59,691 bases of DNA from a virus (IMGVR_UViG_3300030330_003594:1-59691), one strand, 5' to 3'; positions 48,176-57,720 are shown, counted from the stretch's first letter. Numbers and translations are program-made. Notes: generated from the letters alone by a model not told the origin.

Positions 48176-48445
48176 ATGACATTCGTCGAACAACTCCAAC
48201 AAGCCAGTGACGCTACCTTGGCGGCCACCATGTACAACGCCCGTTCCATTGCGGCAGAGGATGTGCCGCAGGGCGACATTGCCCAAGCCACTCGTGTGGC
48301 AACTGCGCATAAGGTCGTCTACCAATGCATGCCACTGATTCAGGAACGCATCCGTGAGCAGGGGCCGGACGGCACCATGATGGAGTGCGTCATGCGAGAG
48401 CACGCCAAGCGCATGGAGGAGTTCTATGCCCCAACCCGAGACTGA
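48176..48445 (+). CDS. Early hypothetical protein
   Basis: First + gene; hairpin plus CAATACCC leader. Confidence 0.65.
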   Translation: MTFVEQLQQASDATLAATMYNARSIAAEDVPQGDIAQATRVATAHKVVYQCMPLIQERIREQGPDGTMMECVMREHAKRMEEFYAPTRD

Positions 48446-48500
48446 ACCCAACCCCAACTCGGGGGGATGGACACCCTGTCCCCCCACAATACCCAACCCC

Positions 48501-48686
48501 ATGCCCAATATCCATTCCAAGAACACCCTGAAGTCTCCCACGCAAGTTGCATGGGAAGCTATGGAGGCCACCAAGGCGAAGTTGATTGAAGACACCAAGC
48601 AACGTCTCAAGGAGATTCGTGAACAGGTGCGCCGTCTCGAGAACGAGGAGTGCCAACTCGAAGACTTCTTGCGCAAGGGCCTCTAA
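48501..48686 (+). CDS. Early coiled-coil protein
   Basis: Start reassigned to the ATG after CAATACCCAACCCC. Confidence 0.6.
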   Translation: MPNIHSKNTLKSPTQVAWEAMEATKAKLIEDTKQRLKEIREQVRRLENEECQLEDFLRKGL

Positions 48687-48754
48687 ATTCGATTCCTTCT
48701 GCACTACTAACCCGAGGACGGGCAATGCCGTCCGTCCTCACAATACCTATACCC

Positions 48755-49102
48755 ATGTCTGAAGTACAAAATCTCCGAGCCTTCAAGGTCACGTTCCTGT
48801 CGCCCACGAACCATCGTGGTGCCCGAATCAAGATTGTTGATGTCATGACCAAGCGGTACAAGAACGTCAACGATGCATGGGGCAAGATGCGTCACACCAT
48901 CGTCCTGCCCTACGACTATGCCATCGGTGCGCCGTTGTCGCAAGCCATTGAGCACATGGTGTCTGTCGGCCTCTCTGTAGTTGCCCATACGCAAGTTGGA
49001 GATGATGAGCACATCATCCTCTCCGATTCATGGAGCTATGGCCCACACCGAAAGTTCCTAGACCTTGACGGCGTATCCTTAGACGAGCACGAGCAGAAAT
49101 AA
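48755..49102 (+). CDS. Early conserved hypothetical protein
   Basis: FLSPTNHRGARIKI motif; start after CAATACCTATACCC. Confidence 0.65.
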   Translation: MSEVQNLRAFKVTFLSPTNHRGARIKIVDVMTKRYKNVNDAWGKMRHTIVLPYDYAIGAPLSQAIEHMVSVGLSVVAHTQVGDDEHIILSDSWSYGPHRKFLDLDGVSLDEHEQK

Positions 49103-49140
49103 AGGGATCTGAAACCCCTGTCCCCAAACCCCGAGAACAC

Positions 49141-49401
49141 ATGAATACTCACATGAAATACTTGGTCACCATGACCGATGCCATCCATGACGGAATGTCT
49201 TGGGTGGCCAATGGAAGCATCGTTGACAGACGCATGTTGGAAGTTCCCTGCGGCACATCAGAGCGCAAACTTTGGATGGCTGTCCGTGAGCGATTCGGCT
49301 ACACCGGATGTCGTGGTCGGTTCCTCGACATGAACACATGGATGCCGTACAATAGTTGCATGATGCTTCACGTTGTATATGCGGACGGCACCGAAATCTG
49401 A
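49141..49401 (+). CDS. Early hypothetical protein
   Basis: ORF in the early gene run. Confidence 0.55.
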   Translation: MNTHMKYLVTMTDAIHDGMSWVANGSIVDRRMLEVPCGTSERKLWMAVRERFGYTGCRGRFLDMNTWMPYNSCMMLHVVYADGTEI

Positions 49402-49406
49402 ATATC

Positions 49407-49586
49407 ATGAAAGCCACCATCGTTTTCCATACCCCCGACAGGCACCGAGGATGGTCTGTCACCAAGACCTTCAATGACAAGTTGCACATGGACAACTTCA
49501 TCAACCACATCGAACGTACGAAGCATGGCTTCAAGTACGATGAGCACTACATCCAAAGAGAAACCACCAATACCCAAACGCAATGA
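49407..49586 (+). CDS. Early hypothetical protein
   Basis: MKATIVFH...TKTFNDKLHMDNFI; ATGA overlap with next gene. Confidence 0.55.
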   Translation: MKATIVFHTPDRHRGWSVTKTFNDKLHMDNFINHIERTKHGFKYDEHYIQRETTNTQTQ

Positions 49587-49921
49587 AATACGCAAGACAA
49601 TGCTCCGTATCGGGAGCAGGAATGAACAAAGGATTCTGTATCGAAGACGGAAGGTTCTATGTATGCGAGGCCGTTGGCATCGAAGCATGGCTCAAGGAGC
49701 ACACAACCTACGAGAGCGCAGACGAAGCCTACGAGGATGGCTACTACTACTACACCGAATGGGAGGACGAGGACGATTTCCAATACGAGGAAACTCCTGT
49801 CAACGCATCAGCGGAGTTCCTCCGAAGCATGGTGGCGTGGATGAATCGCCGACCCGAAACCTTGAACGATGGAAAGACCATCGAACAACTCATCATCGAG
49901 TACAAAAACGACAAAAACTAA
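49583..49921 (+). CDS. Early acidic hypothetical protein
   Basis: RQCSVSGAGMNKGFCI...DGYYYYTEWED. Confidence 0.6.
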   Translation: MKYARQCSVSGAGMNKGFCIEDGRFYVCEAVGIEAWLKEHTTYESADEAYEDGYYYYTEWEDEDDFQYEETPVNASAEFLRSMVAWMNRRPETLNDGKTIEQLIIEYKNDKN

Positions 49922-49926
49922 ATACA

Positions 49927-50262
49927 ATGGGATTCTTCAGTTTTATTACACAAGACACCTGCGAGAGCATTGCAAACAAACATAGCAATCGACCAACCTT
50001 TCGTGTGACCATGACCGATGGACAACTCAACCAATGGGTGGAGGACGACTACCAAGGCTATGGTGTGTTCGGCGGCAAGGATTACTACGAACTGCTCGAC
50101 GAGATGAACGGCGGTGACGGAAACAGGATGCGTGGCATCGACATTGCCTTTAGCAAAAAGCCATTCAAAGCACCATCTCTGTCACGATGTGGCGCATACT
50201 ACAACGGCGATGCGCCCGAGGATTGCCCCGACCAAGGATACTTCTACGACGATAACTTCTAA
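49927..50262 (+). CDS. Early conserved hypothetical protein
   Basis: MGFFSF...YQGYGVFGGKDYYELL...CPDQGYF; start reassigned. Confidence 0.65.
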   Translation: MGFFSFITQDTCESIANKHSNRPTFRVTMTDGQLNQWVEDDYQGYGVFGGKDYYELLDEMNGGDGNRMRGIDIAFSKKPFKAPSLSRCGAYYNGDAPEDCPDQGYFYDDNF

Positions 50263-50272
50263 TACAAGAACA

Positions 50273-50437
50273 ATGGACAAAGAAATTTTGAAACGCCTAG
50301 AATGGAAACATGGTGGCGATGGAGTTGAATATGAATTTTGGGAAGACCCAAAGACAGGCAAGATATACAACGTACCCATCGAAGTAGTCCGTGATTTCAA
50401 CAACGCAGAAGAAGTAGAACGTATCACTAAATTCTAA
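50273..50437 (+). CDS. Early small hypothetical protein
   Basis: MDKEILKRLEW...; start reassigned. Confidence 0.5.
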   Translation: MDKEILKRLEWKHGGDGVEYEFWEDPKTGKIYNVPIEVVRDFNNAEEVERITKF

Positions 50438-50564
50438 TGACGATGAACAAAGACAACGAGCAGTTCAACCTCATCAAAGAACTTGCAGACCTACACAACA
50501 AAGCTATGGACAGGCAGGTCATCAACATTGTCCGCATACCCAAACCCAAAAAACCCAAGAAGCC

Positions 50565-50783
50565 ATGACTAAAGCAGAATTGATTGACGCATTGCGAGAA
50601 TACAATGACGATGATTTGGTAGTCATCGAAGTACACGACACCATGTTGTCTGAAGACCTATATGATTTCACGTTTGATGCAGTATGGCTTGGCCGAGATG
50701 CTAATGGAGAAAACCATGAACTTCGGTTGTGCGCAGTAAACCACAAGGAAAATAATTCAGACCCATTAGATTCATGGACATGA
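50565..50783 (+). CDS. Early hypothetical protein
   Basis: MTKAELIDALREYNDDDLVVI, a common phage N-terminus. Confidence 0.55.
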   Translation: MTKAELIDALREYNDDDLVVIEVHDTMLSEDLYDFTFDAVWLGRDANGENHELRLCAVNHKENNSDPLDSWT

Positions 50784-51001
50784 CAAAGAACCCCTTCCTC
50801 GAATTGTCCATCGACGAACTCGCTGTTGCATGGAACAACTACAGCAACCTGCACGGAGAGGATGCTTTGGATCTGGAATCCAAAGCATGGCTTGAAGATG
50901 CCATCATGGAAAACATCGGTCTGTTGGTGAACTTTTGGCCCACCTTCAGGTACGGAGTGAAAAAGAAGAAAGTTTCTGTTACCCTATACCCACGTAAATA
51001 A
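50774..51001 (+). CDS. Early hypothetical protein
   Basis: Overlap-coupled ORF. Confidence 0.5.
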   Translation: MDMTKNPFLELSIDELAVAWNNYSNLHGEDALDLESKAWLEDAIMENIGLLVNFWPTFRYGVKKKKVSVTLYPRK

Positions 51002-51007
51002 TACCCA

Positions 51008-51235
51008 ATGAACAACCCACACAACCACCTACAAATTACCCATGTCCGATACTTCGAAACCCGAAGGGGCGTTGGCTATGAATGCAACACAAACATTGAC
51101 GGCATCAAGGTTTGGAATGACGGCATGGGAGGAGACACATACATCGAGCCGTGCAAGAAAGCACGAGAGATGAAGCTGTACGACATCAGCGAATTTGATT
51201 TGGAAAAACTTATCGATAAATACGAATCAGCATGA
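51008..51235 (+). CDS. Early hypothetical protein
   Basis: VRYFETRRGVGY...WNDGMGG; AATACCCA leader. Confidence 0.6.
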   Translation: MNNPHNHLQITHVRYFETRRGVGYECNTNIDGIKVWNDGMGGDTYIEPCKKAREMKLYDISEFDLEKLIDKYESA

Positions 51236-51340
51236 GTACCATTGAAGAACTAAAAACCACGATGGCCCTGCTCACCGATGAAGTGGAGCAGTACAAGAGT
51301 GCCTTGGAAGACATCTGTAAAATCCTCAACAAACTTGGAT

Positions 51341-51532
51341 ATGTACACAATCGTAAATGAAATAGACAACACCATCTATGATGGCACACCAATCTTCGAC
51401 ACCATCTCTGAAGCTATTGCATGGTGGAGGAAGAACAGCGGCAGACCAAGCGACATCATCGTCAGCATGGAGAGCCTCGGCACCGCCCAAAACATGGACA
51501 ACACCATGCAGGAGTTTTTGGGTGAAGGTTGA
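51341..51532 (+). CDS. Early hypothetical protein
   Basis: MYTIVNEID...; start reassigned. Confidence 0.45.
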   Translation: MYTIVNEIDNTIYDGTPIFDTISEAIAWWRKNSGRPSDIIVSMESLGTAQNMDNTMQEFLGEG

Positions 51533-51570
51533 AAAAGACGTATCTTTATCCCCCACTAAAATTTAATTAC

Positions 51571-52152
51571 ATGAAATTAGTTGAGAAAGTGAGCCACATT
51601 CAAGGTGTGCTCAAGGCCCCCAAGGGCCAAACAAACAACTTCGGCAAGTACAAGTACAGGTCAGCCGAAGACATCCTCGAAGCGGTCAAGCCCTTGACCA
51701 CAGAACATGGTCTCATCCTCACCTTGAGTGACGAGATTGTGGAGGTGTCAGGACGCATCTATGTCAAAGCCACGGCTCGATTGACCGATGGTGAAACGGA
51801 ACTCAAGACCACGGCATTTGCCCGTGAGGAAGAAAGTAAGAAAGGCATGGATGGGAGTCAGGTCACTGGAGCATCGTCAAGCTATGCACGCAAGTATGCC
51901 CTCAATGGTCTGTTCTGCATCGACGACACCAAGGATAGCGACAGCACCAACACGCATGGTCGAAGTGCCCCTGCGCCTCCGAAAGCAAAGAGCGAGGACT
52001 CCCTGTACGACAAGTGTTGGACACACGTTGAGCAGAGCAAGAACAAATCTGCCGCTGTGAAAGCTGTCTTGGCCAAGCACAGAACTAACCTTACTTCTGA
52101 TCAGGTCAAGAAGTTGGAAGACGTGGGGCGTCTTGCTGAAGCCATGCCGTGA
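51571..52152 (+). CDS. erf: ERF-family single-strand annealing protein
   Basis: LKAPKGQTNNFGKYKYRSAEDILEAVKP and TGASSSYARKYALNGLFCIDD. Confidence 0.92.
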   Translation: MKLVEKVSHIQGVLKAPKGQTNNFGKYKYRSAEDILEAVKPLTTEHGLILTLSDEIVEVSGRIYVKATARLTDGETELKTTAFAREEESKKGMDGSQVTGASSSYARKYALNGLFCIDDTKDSDSTNTHGRSAPAPPKAKSEDSLYDKCWTHVEQSKNKSAAVKAVLAKHRTNLTSDQVKKLEDVGRLAEAMP

Positions 52153-52907
52153 TGGATTTCGCATTGAAGCTATCGAAGGAATACGGCAAGGGATACCTTT
52201 CGTACTCCTCCATCAAGTATGCTCTCGAGGACATGAAGAAGTTCGAGATGAAGATGCGTGATGAGTTGGTATTCGACAGCCCTGCCTTGGCTTTCGGCAA
52301 ACTCTACGATTGTATGCTCCTTACTCCTGAGTTCTTTGAAACTCAGTTCGTAGTCGTCGATGACACAGAGATATGCAAGGAGATTGGTGGCAAGGCTCCC
52401 AAGCGCACCAAAGCATACAGCGAATGGCTTGCCTCGCTTGAAAGCGATGGGCGTGCCGTGGTGATGCCAGAGGACGTGGCCAAGGCTCAAGAGATGATTG
52501 ACAGGCTCAAGCTGACGGGCGTAGATAAAATTGCTTTGCAAGGCAATATGCAGTACGAGTTCAACGATTTTATTGATGACGTGCCTGTCCGTGGCTTCTT
52601 GGATGTGTTGGGCGATGGATACATCACCGACAGCAAAACGACAGCCAACATCTCAAAGTTCAAGTGGGCTGTGCGTGACTTCGGTTACGACATCCAAGCC
52701 TTCATGTACAGCAAGGTTCTTGGCACCACGGACTTCCGTTGGGTTGTCCAAGACAAAAGCTACCCTTACGCTGTTGGGTTGTACTACGCATCGGAGGACA
52801 CCCTGAAGTTTGGAGAGCAGAAGTTTTGGACTGCCGTTGACCGCATCAAGACTTACCTTGATGGGGGCAAGAAGACAGAGTGCGATTATCAAACAGGAGA
52901 AATCTAA
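52149..52907 (+). CDS. PD-(D/E)XK exonuclease (RecE/exonuclease VIII-like)
   Basis: LSYSSIK, AFGKLYD, RGFLD...ITDSKTT, YDIQAFMY; adjacent to erf. Confidence 0.8.
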   Translation: MMDFALKLSKEYGKGYLSYSSIKYALEDMKKFEMKMRDELVFDSPALAFGKLYDCMLLTPEFFETQFVVVDDTEICKEIGGKAPKRTKAYSEWLASLESDGRAVVMPEDVAKAQEMIDRLKLTGVDKIALQGNMQYEFNDFIDDVPVRGFLDVLGDGYITDSKTTANISKFKWAVRDFGYDIQAFMYSKVLGTTDFRWVVQDKSYPYAVGLYYASEDTLKFGEQKFWTAVDRIKTYLDGGKKTECDYQTGEI

Positions 52908-52911
52908 TATC

Positions 52912-53142
52912 ATGATCAATACAATTCAGAAAATCACAGGCGTCGGTCGTTCCGACGCAGAGGCCATCGCTGTGAGGTGGATTATTCAAGATGACCACGG
53001 GACATACCGAGATGCCGCTGTTGAGACAGGGCTACCACGAGCAAGCGTCTTTGCCGCATGGCTCGACTCTGACTACCGCATGCAATCGAAAGCATTCCGT
53101 GATGCTTACGAGGCGACAAAGAAACATTTTTCAAACCCCTAA
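52912..53142 (+). CDS. Hypothetical protein, possible HTH
   Basis: YRDAAVETGLPRASVFAAW; start reassigned. Confidence 0.5.
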   Translation: MINTIQKITGVGRSDAEAIAVRWIIQDDHGTYRDAAVETGLPRASVFAAWLDSDYRMQSKAFRDAYEATKKHFSNP

Positions 53143-53152
53143 AACTTTTAAC

Positions 53153-53476
53153 ATGGGTATTTTAATTAACGGCTCCATCAATGTGAGCAAACTTCCAAAG
53201 GACAAACTCGACAGGTCTAAGAAGGGCGAACTTTTCTACAACTTTACCATGAGTGTAGAGGACGAGACAGACCAATTTGGCAACAACGTTGGCATTTGGG
53301 ATTCGCAGACCAAAGAGCAGAGAGAGGCGAAAGAAAAGAGAAACTACACAGGCAATGCCAAGGTGGTCTGGACTGACGGCAAGGTGGCGGTGGCTGACAA
53401 AAAAGCGTCAGCGGCGGATGAAAAGGTGGTTCCGCAACAAGCCGCACCTGCGGTAGATGACGATCTGCCGTTTTGA
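53153..53476 (+). CDS. Putative single-stranded DNA-binding protein
   Basis: DQFGNN motif; acidic tail DDDLPF. Confidence 0.75.
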   Translation: MGILINGSINVSKLPKDKLDRSKKGELFYNFTMSVEDETDQFGNNVGIWDSQTKEQREAKEKRNYTGNAKVVWTDGKVAVADKKASAADEKVVPQQAAPAVDDDLPF

Positions 53477-53502
53477 GTGACGGGATTTGGTAGTCCGTTG
53501 CA

Positions 53503-53543
53503 AGGGGGGGACAGGGTCGGGTATGCCCTTCCCCCTCGTTTTT
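53503..53543 (+). terminator. GC hairpin with T-run directly before the tRNA
   Basis: GGGGGG..AGGG...CCCTTCCCCC then TTTTT. Confidence 0.55.
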
Positions 53544-53617
53544 GCCCTCGTAGCTCAGTTGGATAGAGCAACAGCCTTCTAAGCTGTGGGTCATAGGTTC
53601 GAATCCTATCGGGGGTA
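53544..53617 (+). tRNA. tRNA-Arg (anticodon TCT)
   Basis: Acceptor GCCCTCG/CGGGGGT, D-arm TAGCTCAGTTGGATAGAGC, anticodon arm ACAGC-CTTCTAA-GCTGT, T-arm ATAGG-TTCGAAT-CCTAT; no encoded CCA. Confidence 0.95.
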
Positions 53618-53622
53618 CACAA

Positions 53623-54156
53623 TTGAATGCAATGAATCAAGAACAAAAAGACCGAAACGAACTCTTGTGCTCTATTCGAGAAGAGTATCTGCGGATTGTC
53701 GGCATGGAAAATACAGGGTCACGCAAGCGGCCTGAGGTGGAGATGCGGTACGCCCTCGTCAATGCCCTGTGCAGGTTCTGCTCCGACACAGAGGCCGCAT
53801 GGGTTTGGGGCATCGACAGAACAACGGTGATACATGGCAAAAGAAACCATGAGATGTACTTCATCAACAGCCCGTTTTACCGGGTGTCGTACAGGGCCGC
53901 CAATGAATTGGTGGAAGACCAAGCCGACGCCCTGATGCACTACGCCCCAAACACCGTCAGGCCGGAGTTGGGAAGGATGAAGCTTTCAGGCAAGCGTCGT
54001 TACGAGGAGGAACTGATGTACCTGCAAGACTCTATCGATAGGATCAATGACAAGATTGACAAGCTCATTCTGAAGCGGAAAGAAATCAAACATCAGTTGA
54101 GTGTGATGAAAAGAAAGACCTTCAAGAACATCATGAAAGACAAAAAAATGCTGTAA
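53623..54156 (+). CDS. DnaA C-terminal-like HTH protein with coiled-coil tail
   Basis: SRKRPEVEMR...IDRTTVIHG resembles DnaA domain IV (RDHTTVIH). Confidence 0.65.
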   Translation: MNAMNQEQKDRNELLCSIREEYLRIVGMENTGSRKRPEVEMRYALVNALCRFCSDTEAAWVWGIDRTTVIHGKRNHEMYFINSPFYRVSYRAANELVEDQADALMHYAPNTVRPELGRMKLSGKRRYEEELMYLQDSIDRINDKIDKLILKRKEIKHQLSVMKRKTFKNIMKDKKML

Positions 54157-54161
54157 CACCT

Positions 54162-55931
54162 ATGATCACAATATACCCGAACCACTACGAGACTGAAAAC
54201 CCACGTCATATTGATCTCGACCTTGCCTTCCATCGCATCAAGACTGGCAAGCAAGCAGAAACCATACAAGCCATACGAGAGGGCAACAAGAAAAAAAAGA
54301 AAGACTTGCCTCTCATCTTGTTCAGCGGTGTCTTTGACAACCGCAAGGATGACAGCCTACGCAAACACAGCGGATACATAGTCCTGGACTTCGATCACAT
54401 CGACGTGCCTGTGGCCAAGCAGTCACTTAGCGATGACGATTACGTCAAGGCGTGCTGGGTGAGCCCATCGGGTGATGGTCTCAAGGCTCTCGTCAAAATA
54501 GACGACCCCACCAAGCACAGGGCACACTTCAGGGCCATGTGCAATCACTTCTCTGAGACGCACGGCCTGTTGGTTGACCAAAGCGGCATCAACGAGTCAC
54601 GAGGATGCTACGAAAGTTACGACCCCGACATCCACATCAAAGAGGAGGGCAAGGTCTTTACCAAGACCATAGAACATGCCGTAAACAACGACACCCCGAC
54701 ATCTGACGACACGGACTACAGCAAGCTTTACCTGGCGGCTTGCATCATACGAAAAGCGCCGGATGGTGGGAAGCATGAAGCCTTGCTCAAGGCCAGCATT
54801 TTGTTGGGGGGCTTCATAGCAGCACGACGTGTTGAGGAGTCGGAGGCTGTCCGTGTCTTGGAAAAAGAAATAGCCAAGCGCAATGTGGACAGCATGGAGA
54901 CGGCACGCAACACTATAGCTGATGGCATACGGCAAGGCAAGCTGTCACCGTTGGCTGAGACCATAGAGGCCGAGCAAGCTATGCGGCGTGAGATGATGCT
55001 CACCGACGGGGACATGTCATTCATGAGTGATGATACTGAAGATTTAGATTGGATCATCAAGTTCAGATCGGGCGACTTCGAGACAGGGCTATCTACAGGC
55101 AACGTTATCCTGGACAGGAACTACAGGTTCAAAAAGGAGTTCACCATGATCTCCGGGCACAGCAGCATAGGTAAGACAACCTTCATGTTGTACATGATAG
55201 TATCGTCAGCTATCAACCACGATTGGCGATGGGTCATATACAGCAGCGAAAACAACACGGCCCTTATCAAGATGCGACTCATACAGTTTGCCACGGGAAA
55301 AACGATTCAGGACCTGAGCAAGAATGAGATAGCCACGATGATGAAGTGGGTCAAAAGACACTTCGTGCTTATCGACAACAGCAAGGTCTTGAGCTATGAA
55401 GATGTGCTGCTATACTGTGAGAAGGTGTCACGCAAGCATCCGATCGATGGACTGTTGATCGATCCATACAACTCCTTGAAGATCACCACCCTTTCAATGG
55501 GTGGTGTCCATGAGTACCACTATGAAGCGGCTAGTGAATTTTTGACCTTCAGCAACCGCATGAAAGTAGCGGTGTGGGTCAACGCCCACTCTGTCACCTC
55601 GGCCATCAGAGCCAAGGGCGACGACGGCCTTCCTGTAGCTCCTGGTGCAGAAGACACGGAACATGGTGGTAAGTGGGTCAATCGTGCTGATTGCTTTCTT
55701 ACTTTGCATAGGAAGATACACCACCCCAGCATCGACAAGCGCAGAGAGATTGAGTTCCATGTGCGCAAGGTTCGCAATCAAGAGACGGGCGGGGAGCCCA
55801 CGCCATTCGATACACCGTACATCTTTAAGATGTCAATGGATGGCACATGCTTTGAGATGGTTGGGCCCTTTGGTAGACTCTTCAATCACATACAAGCCAC
55901 GGATGTGGACAAACAAATGAGAGCGATCTGA
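54162..55931 (+). CDS. Primase-helicase: VirE-N/BT4734-like domain fused to DnaB-like SF4 helicase
   Basis: KKDLPLILFSG, SGYIVLDFDH, SPSGDGLK; Walker A GHSSIGKT, LLIDPYN, NAH, KVR. Confidence 0.82.
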   Translation: MITIYPNHYETENPRHIDLDLAFHRIKTGKQAETIQAIREGNKKKKKDLPLILFSGVFDNRKDDSLRKHSGYIVLDFDHIDVPVAKQSLSDDDYVKACWVSPSGDGLKALVKIDDPTKHRAHFRAMCNHFSETHGLLVDQSGINESRGCYESYDPDIHIKEEGKVFTKTIEHAVNNDTPTSDDTDYSKLYLAACIIRKAPDGGKHEALLKASILLGGFIAARRVEESEAVRVLEKEIAKRNVDSMETARNTIADGIRQGKLSPLAETIEAEQAMRREMMLTDGDMSFMSDDTEDLDWIIKFRSGDFETGLSTGNVILDRNYRFKKEFTMISGHSSIGKTTFMLYMIVSSAINHDWRWVIYSSENNTALIKMRLIQFATGKTIQDLSKNEIATMMKWVKRHFVLIDNSKVLSYEDVLLYCEKVSRKHPIDGLLIDPYNSLKITTLSMGGVHEYHYEAASEFLTFSNRMKVAVWVNAHSVTSAIRAKGDDGLPVAPGAEDTEHGGKWVNRADCFLTLHRKIHHPSIDKRREIEFHVRKVRNQETGGEPTPFDTPYIFKMSMDGTCFEMVGPFGRLFNHIQATDVDKQMRAI

Positions 55932-55935
55932 CAGC

Positions 55936-56424
55936 ATGAAACGAAAGCCACGCAAGAGACCCAAAGCAAAAGGACACAGGAGGGCAGGTAAGTCTCTGAA
56001 GAGCGCCTTGGAAGCATACTGCTACGACAGGCTCAAGGACACCGGGTGGGACTTTGCATACGAGGAAGAGGTCTTCTATCTGGTCGATGGCTTTCGATAC
56101 CCTGGGGTGTATCATAAGATGACCAAGGGCAGGGACGTCATGCGTAACAACACAAACAAAGCTGTGATCGGCATCAAGTACACTCCGGACTTTGTCTCCC
56201 ACAAGCACAAGTTCATCATAGAAACCAAGGGCTATGTCCACGGCCAACACACTTTTCCTTTGCGATGGAAGTTGTTTCTGAAATACCTCGTGGAAAACAA
56301 CATGGATGACTACATGCTCTTCATCCCTAAGAACAGAAAACAAGTAGACGCTACGATCGACATCATCAAAAAACACCTACACGATGGCACCAAACAAGCC
56401 CTTCGACAAACTTCTTCATCATGA
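55936..56424 (+). CDS. T7 endonuclease I-like resolvase
   Basis: KSALE...YEE...YTPDF...IIETKG. Confidence 0.75.
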   Translation: MKRKPRKRPKAKGHRRAGKSLKSALEAYCYDRLKDTGWDFAYEEEVFYLVDGFRYPGVYHKMTKGRDVMRNNTNKAVIGIKYTPDFVSHKHKFIIETKGYVHGQHTFPLRWKLFLKYLVENNMDDYMLFIPKNRKQVDATIDIIKKHLHDGTKQALRQTSSS

Positions 56425-56821
56425 ATACGACAATAAAGCACGAAGGGCTACGATCGCATGCATGGAGAAACAGGGCTACATCGTGACGGAAAATCCCGAT
56501 CCCTACGCACAAGACTTGATTGCTGAGCCTAGCTTTTTGTCTAAGCTCAATCAACCTTTCTTCGTGGAGTGTGAGGTCAAGACGGTGTGGCAAACACCAG
56601 GTTTCCCCTACTCTGATGTGCAATTGCCTGCCCGCAAAGAGAAGTTCTTTGACAAGCAGACCTTGTTTTTTATCTGGAGCCAAGACCTTTCACGGGCCGC
56701 ATGCTTTTGGAGTCAAGACATCAAGCACCTACCCACGCATGAGGTGTCAAACAAAATGATGGCAAAGGGGGAGAGGTTTTTCAAGATACCCCTGTCCTAC
56801 GTTAAGTTTGTCCTAGCATGA
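56384..56821 (+). CDS. PD-(D/E)XK-family nuclease-like protein
   Basis: YAQDLI...VECEVKTVW...RKEKF. Confidence 0.6.
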   Translation: MAPNKPFDKLLHHEYDNKARRATIACMEKQGYIVTENPDPYAQDLIAEPSFLSKLNQPFFVECEVKTVWQTPGFPYSDVQLPARKEKFFDKQTLFFIWSQDLSRAACFWSQDIKHLPTHEVSNKMMAKGERFFKIPLSYVKFVLA

Positions 56822-56907
56822 ACTATTGGACAACCCACACGACGGTTACAAATCAAGATTGCGTGATCGTGCCCTGCTACAAGGGCTACATGATTGCAAT
56901 TCGCTGA

Positions 56908-57342
56908 TTACTTCTTGGCCTTTTCGATGGTGCGACCTGCGAAGTATGCACCAAAAGCTGTGAGCATCAAGATCTGAAGAAGGTCAACGTAAGCGTCTTT
57001 CACATTGAACGCTACGTTGTCCATGCTATCAACAACCATAGTCACCATGAACATGCTCATCAAAGCAATCAAGGTGACGGGACGGATAAGCTTGGCCAGC
57101 TTTACATCGCTGCCCATGTCTGCCTTCCATCTCTCTGTTACATTGTTTTGAAAAGCGATTTCTGCATCTACCGCAGCTATGCCCGCAGCCGTATCGACTT
57201 CAGGATCTTTCTCAATCAAGTTCTTGACAACACCCAACCCACCGCTATCGGGGAGCAGGTCACCTACCACAGACAAAACATTGGGAGCTTTGTCTTTCAA
57301 CCAAGATCCTAGCTTGGTGTCTTTGATTTTCTTTTCACTCAT
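56908..57342 (-). CDS. Putative holin (3TM/GTA-holin-like)
   Basis: RWKADMGSD...LIRPVTL, two hydrophobic helices, AYFAGRTIEK. Confidence 0.72.
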   Translation of the reverse strand: MSEKKIKDTKLGSWLKDKAPNVLSVVGDLLPDSGGLGVVKNLIEKDPEVDTAAGIAAVDAEIAFQNNVTERWKADMGSDVKLAKLIRPVTLIALMSMFMVTMVVDSMDNVAFNVKDAYVDLLQILMLTAFGAYFAGRTIEKAKK

Positions 57343-57351
57343 AGTCTTGTG

Positions 57352-57717
57352 TTAAAAGTCACTCATTAAGATATCGTCGATGGCTTCTTGCACCTCATCC
57401 CTGCTTGCCTCCATTGTCATCATGATGTTGGCCTGAAATCTTTTGACCTCTTCCCCCTCGTTGAACACAACAATGGTTGGCACCACAACAATCTTGTGCT
57501 CCTGCTGAAGAGCAGGAGCAGTTACAATGTCCACACGGCTTGTTTCGCAATCGTTCAGTTTTTCTATCCATTCCACGCTGTTTTGGGAATTGAAAGATGC
57601 GTTGAACTCTACTACACAGATACCGATGTCACATATTTTGTCATCCGCTACATCTGCCACAGAGGTGGCCGCCAACAATAGCGCAGAGGATGCAAACAGG
57701 ATTGATAGGATTTTCAT
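57352..57717 (-). CDS. Exported thioredoxin-fold protein lacking CxxC (allele B)
   Basis: Homolog of 967-1332; ICDIGIC, VVEFNASFN, VVPT. Confidence 0.75.
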   Translation of the reverse strand: MKILSILFASSALLLAATSVADVADDKICDIGICVVEFNASFNSQNSVEWIEKLNDCETSRVDIVTAPALQQEHKIVVVPTIVVFNEGEEVKRFQANIMMTMEASRDEVQEAIDDILMSDF

Positions 57718-57720
57718 TTG

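Noticed and set aside
53544-53617. tRNA as prophage attachment site
   Set aside because: No integrase, no duplicated tRNA 3' end and no flanking host genes
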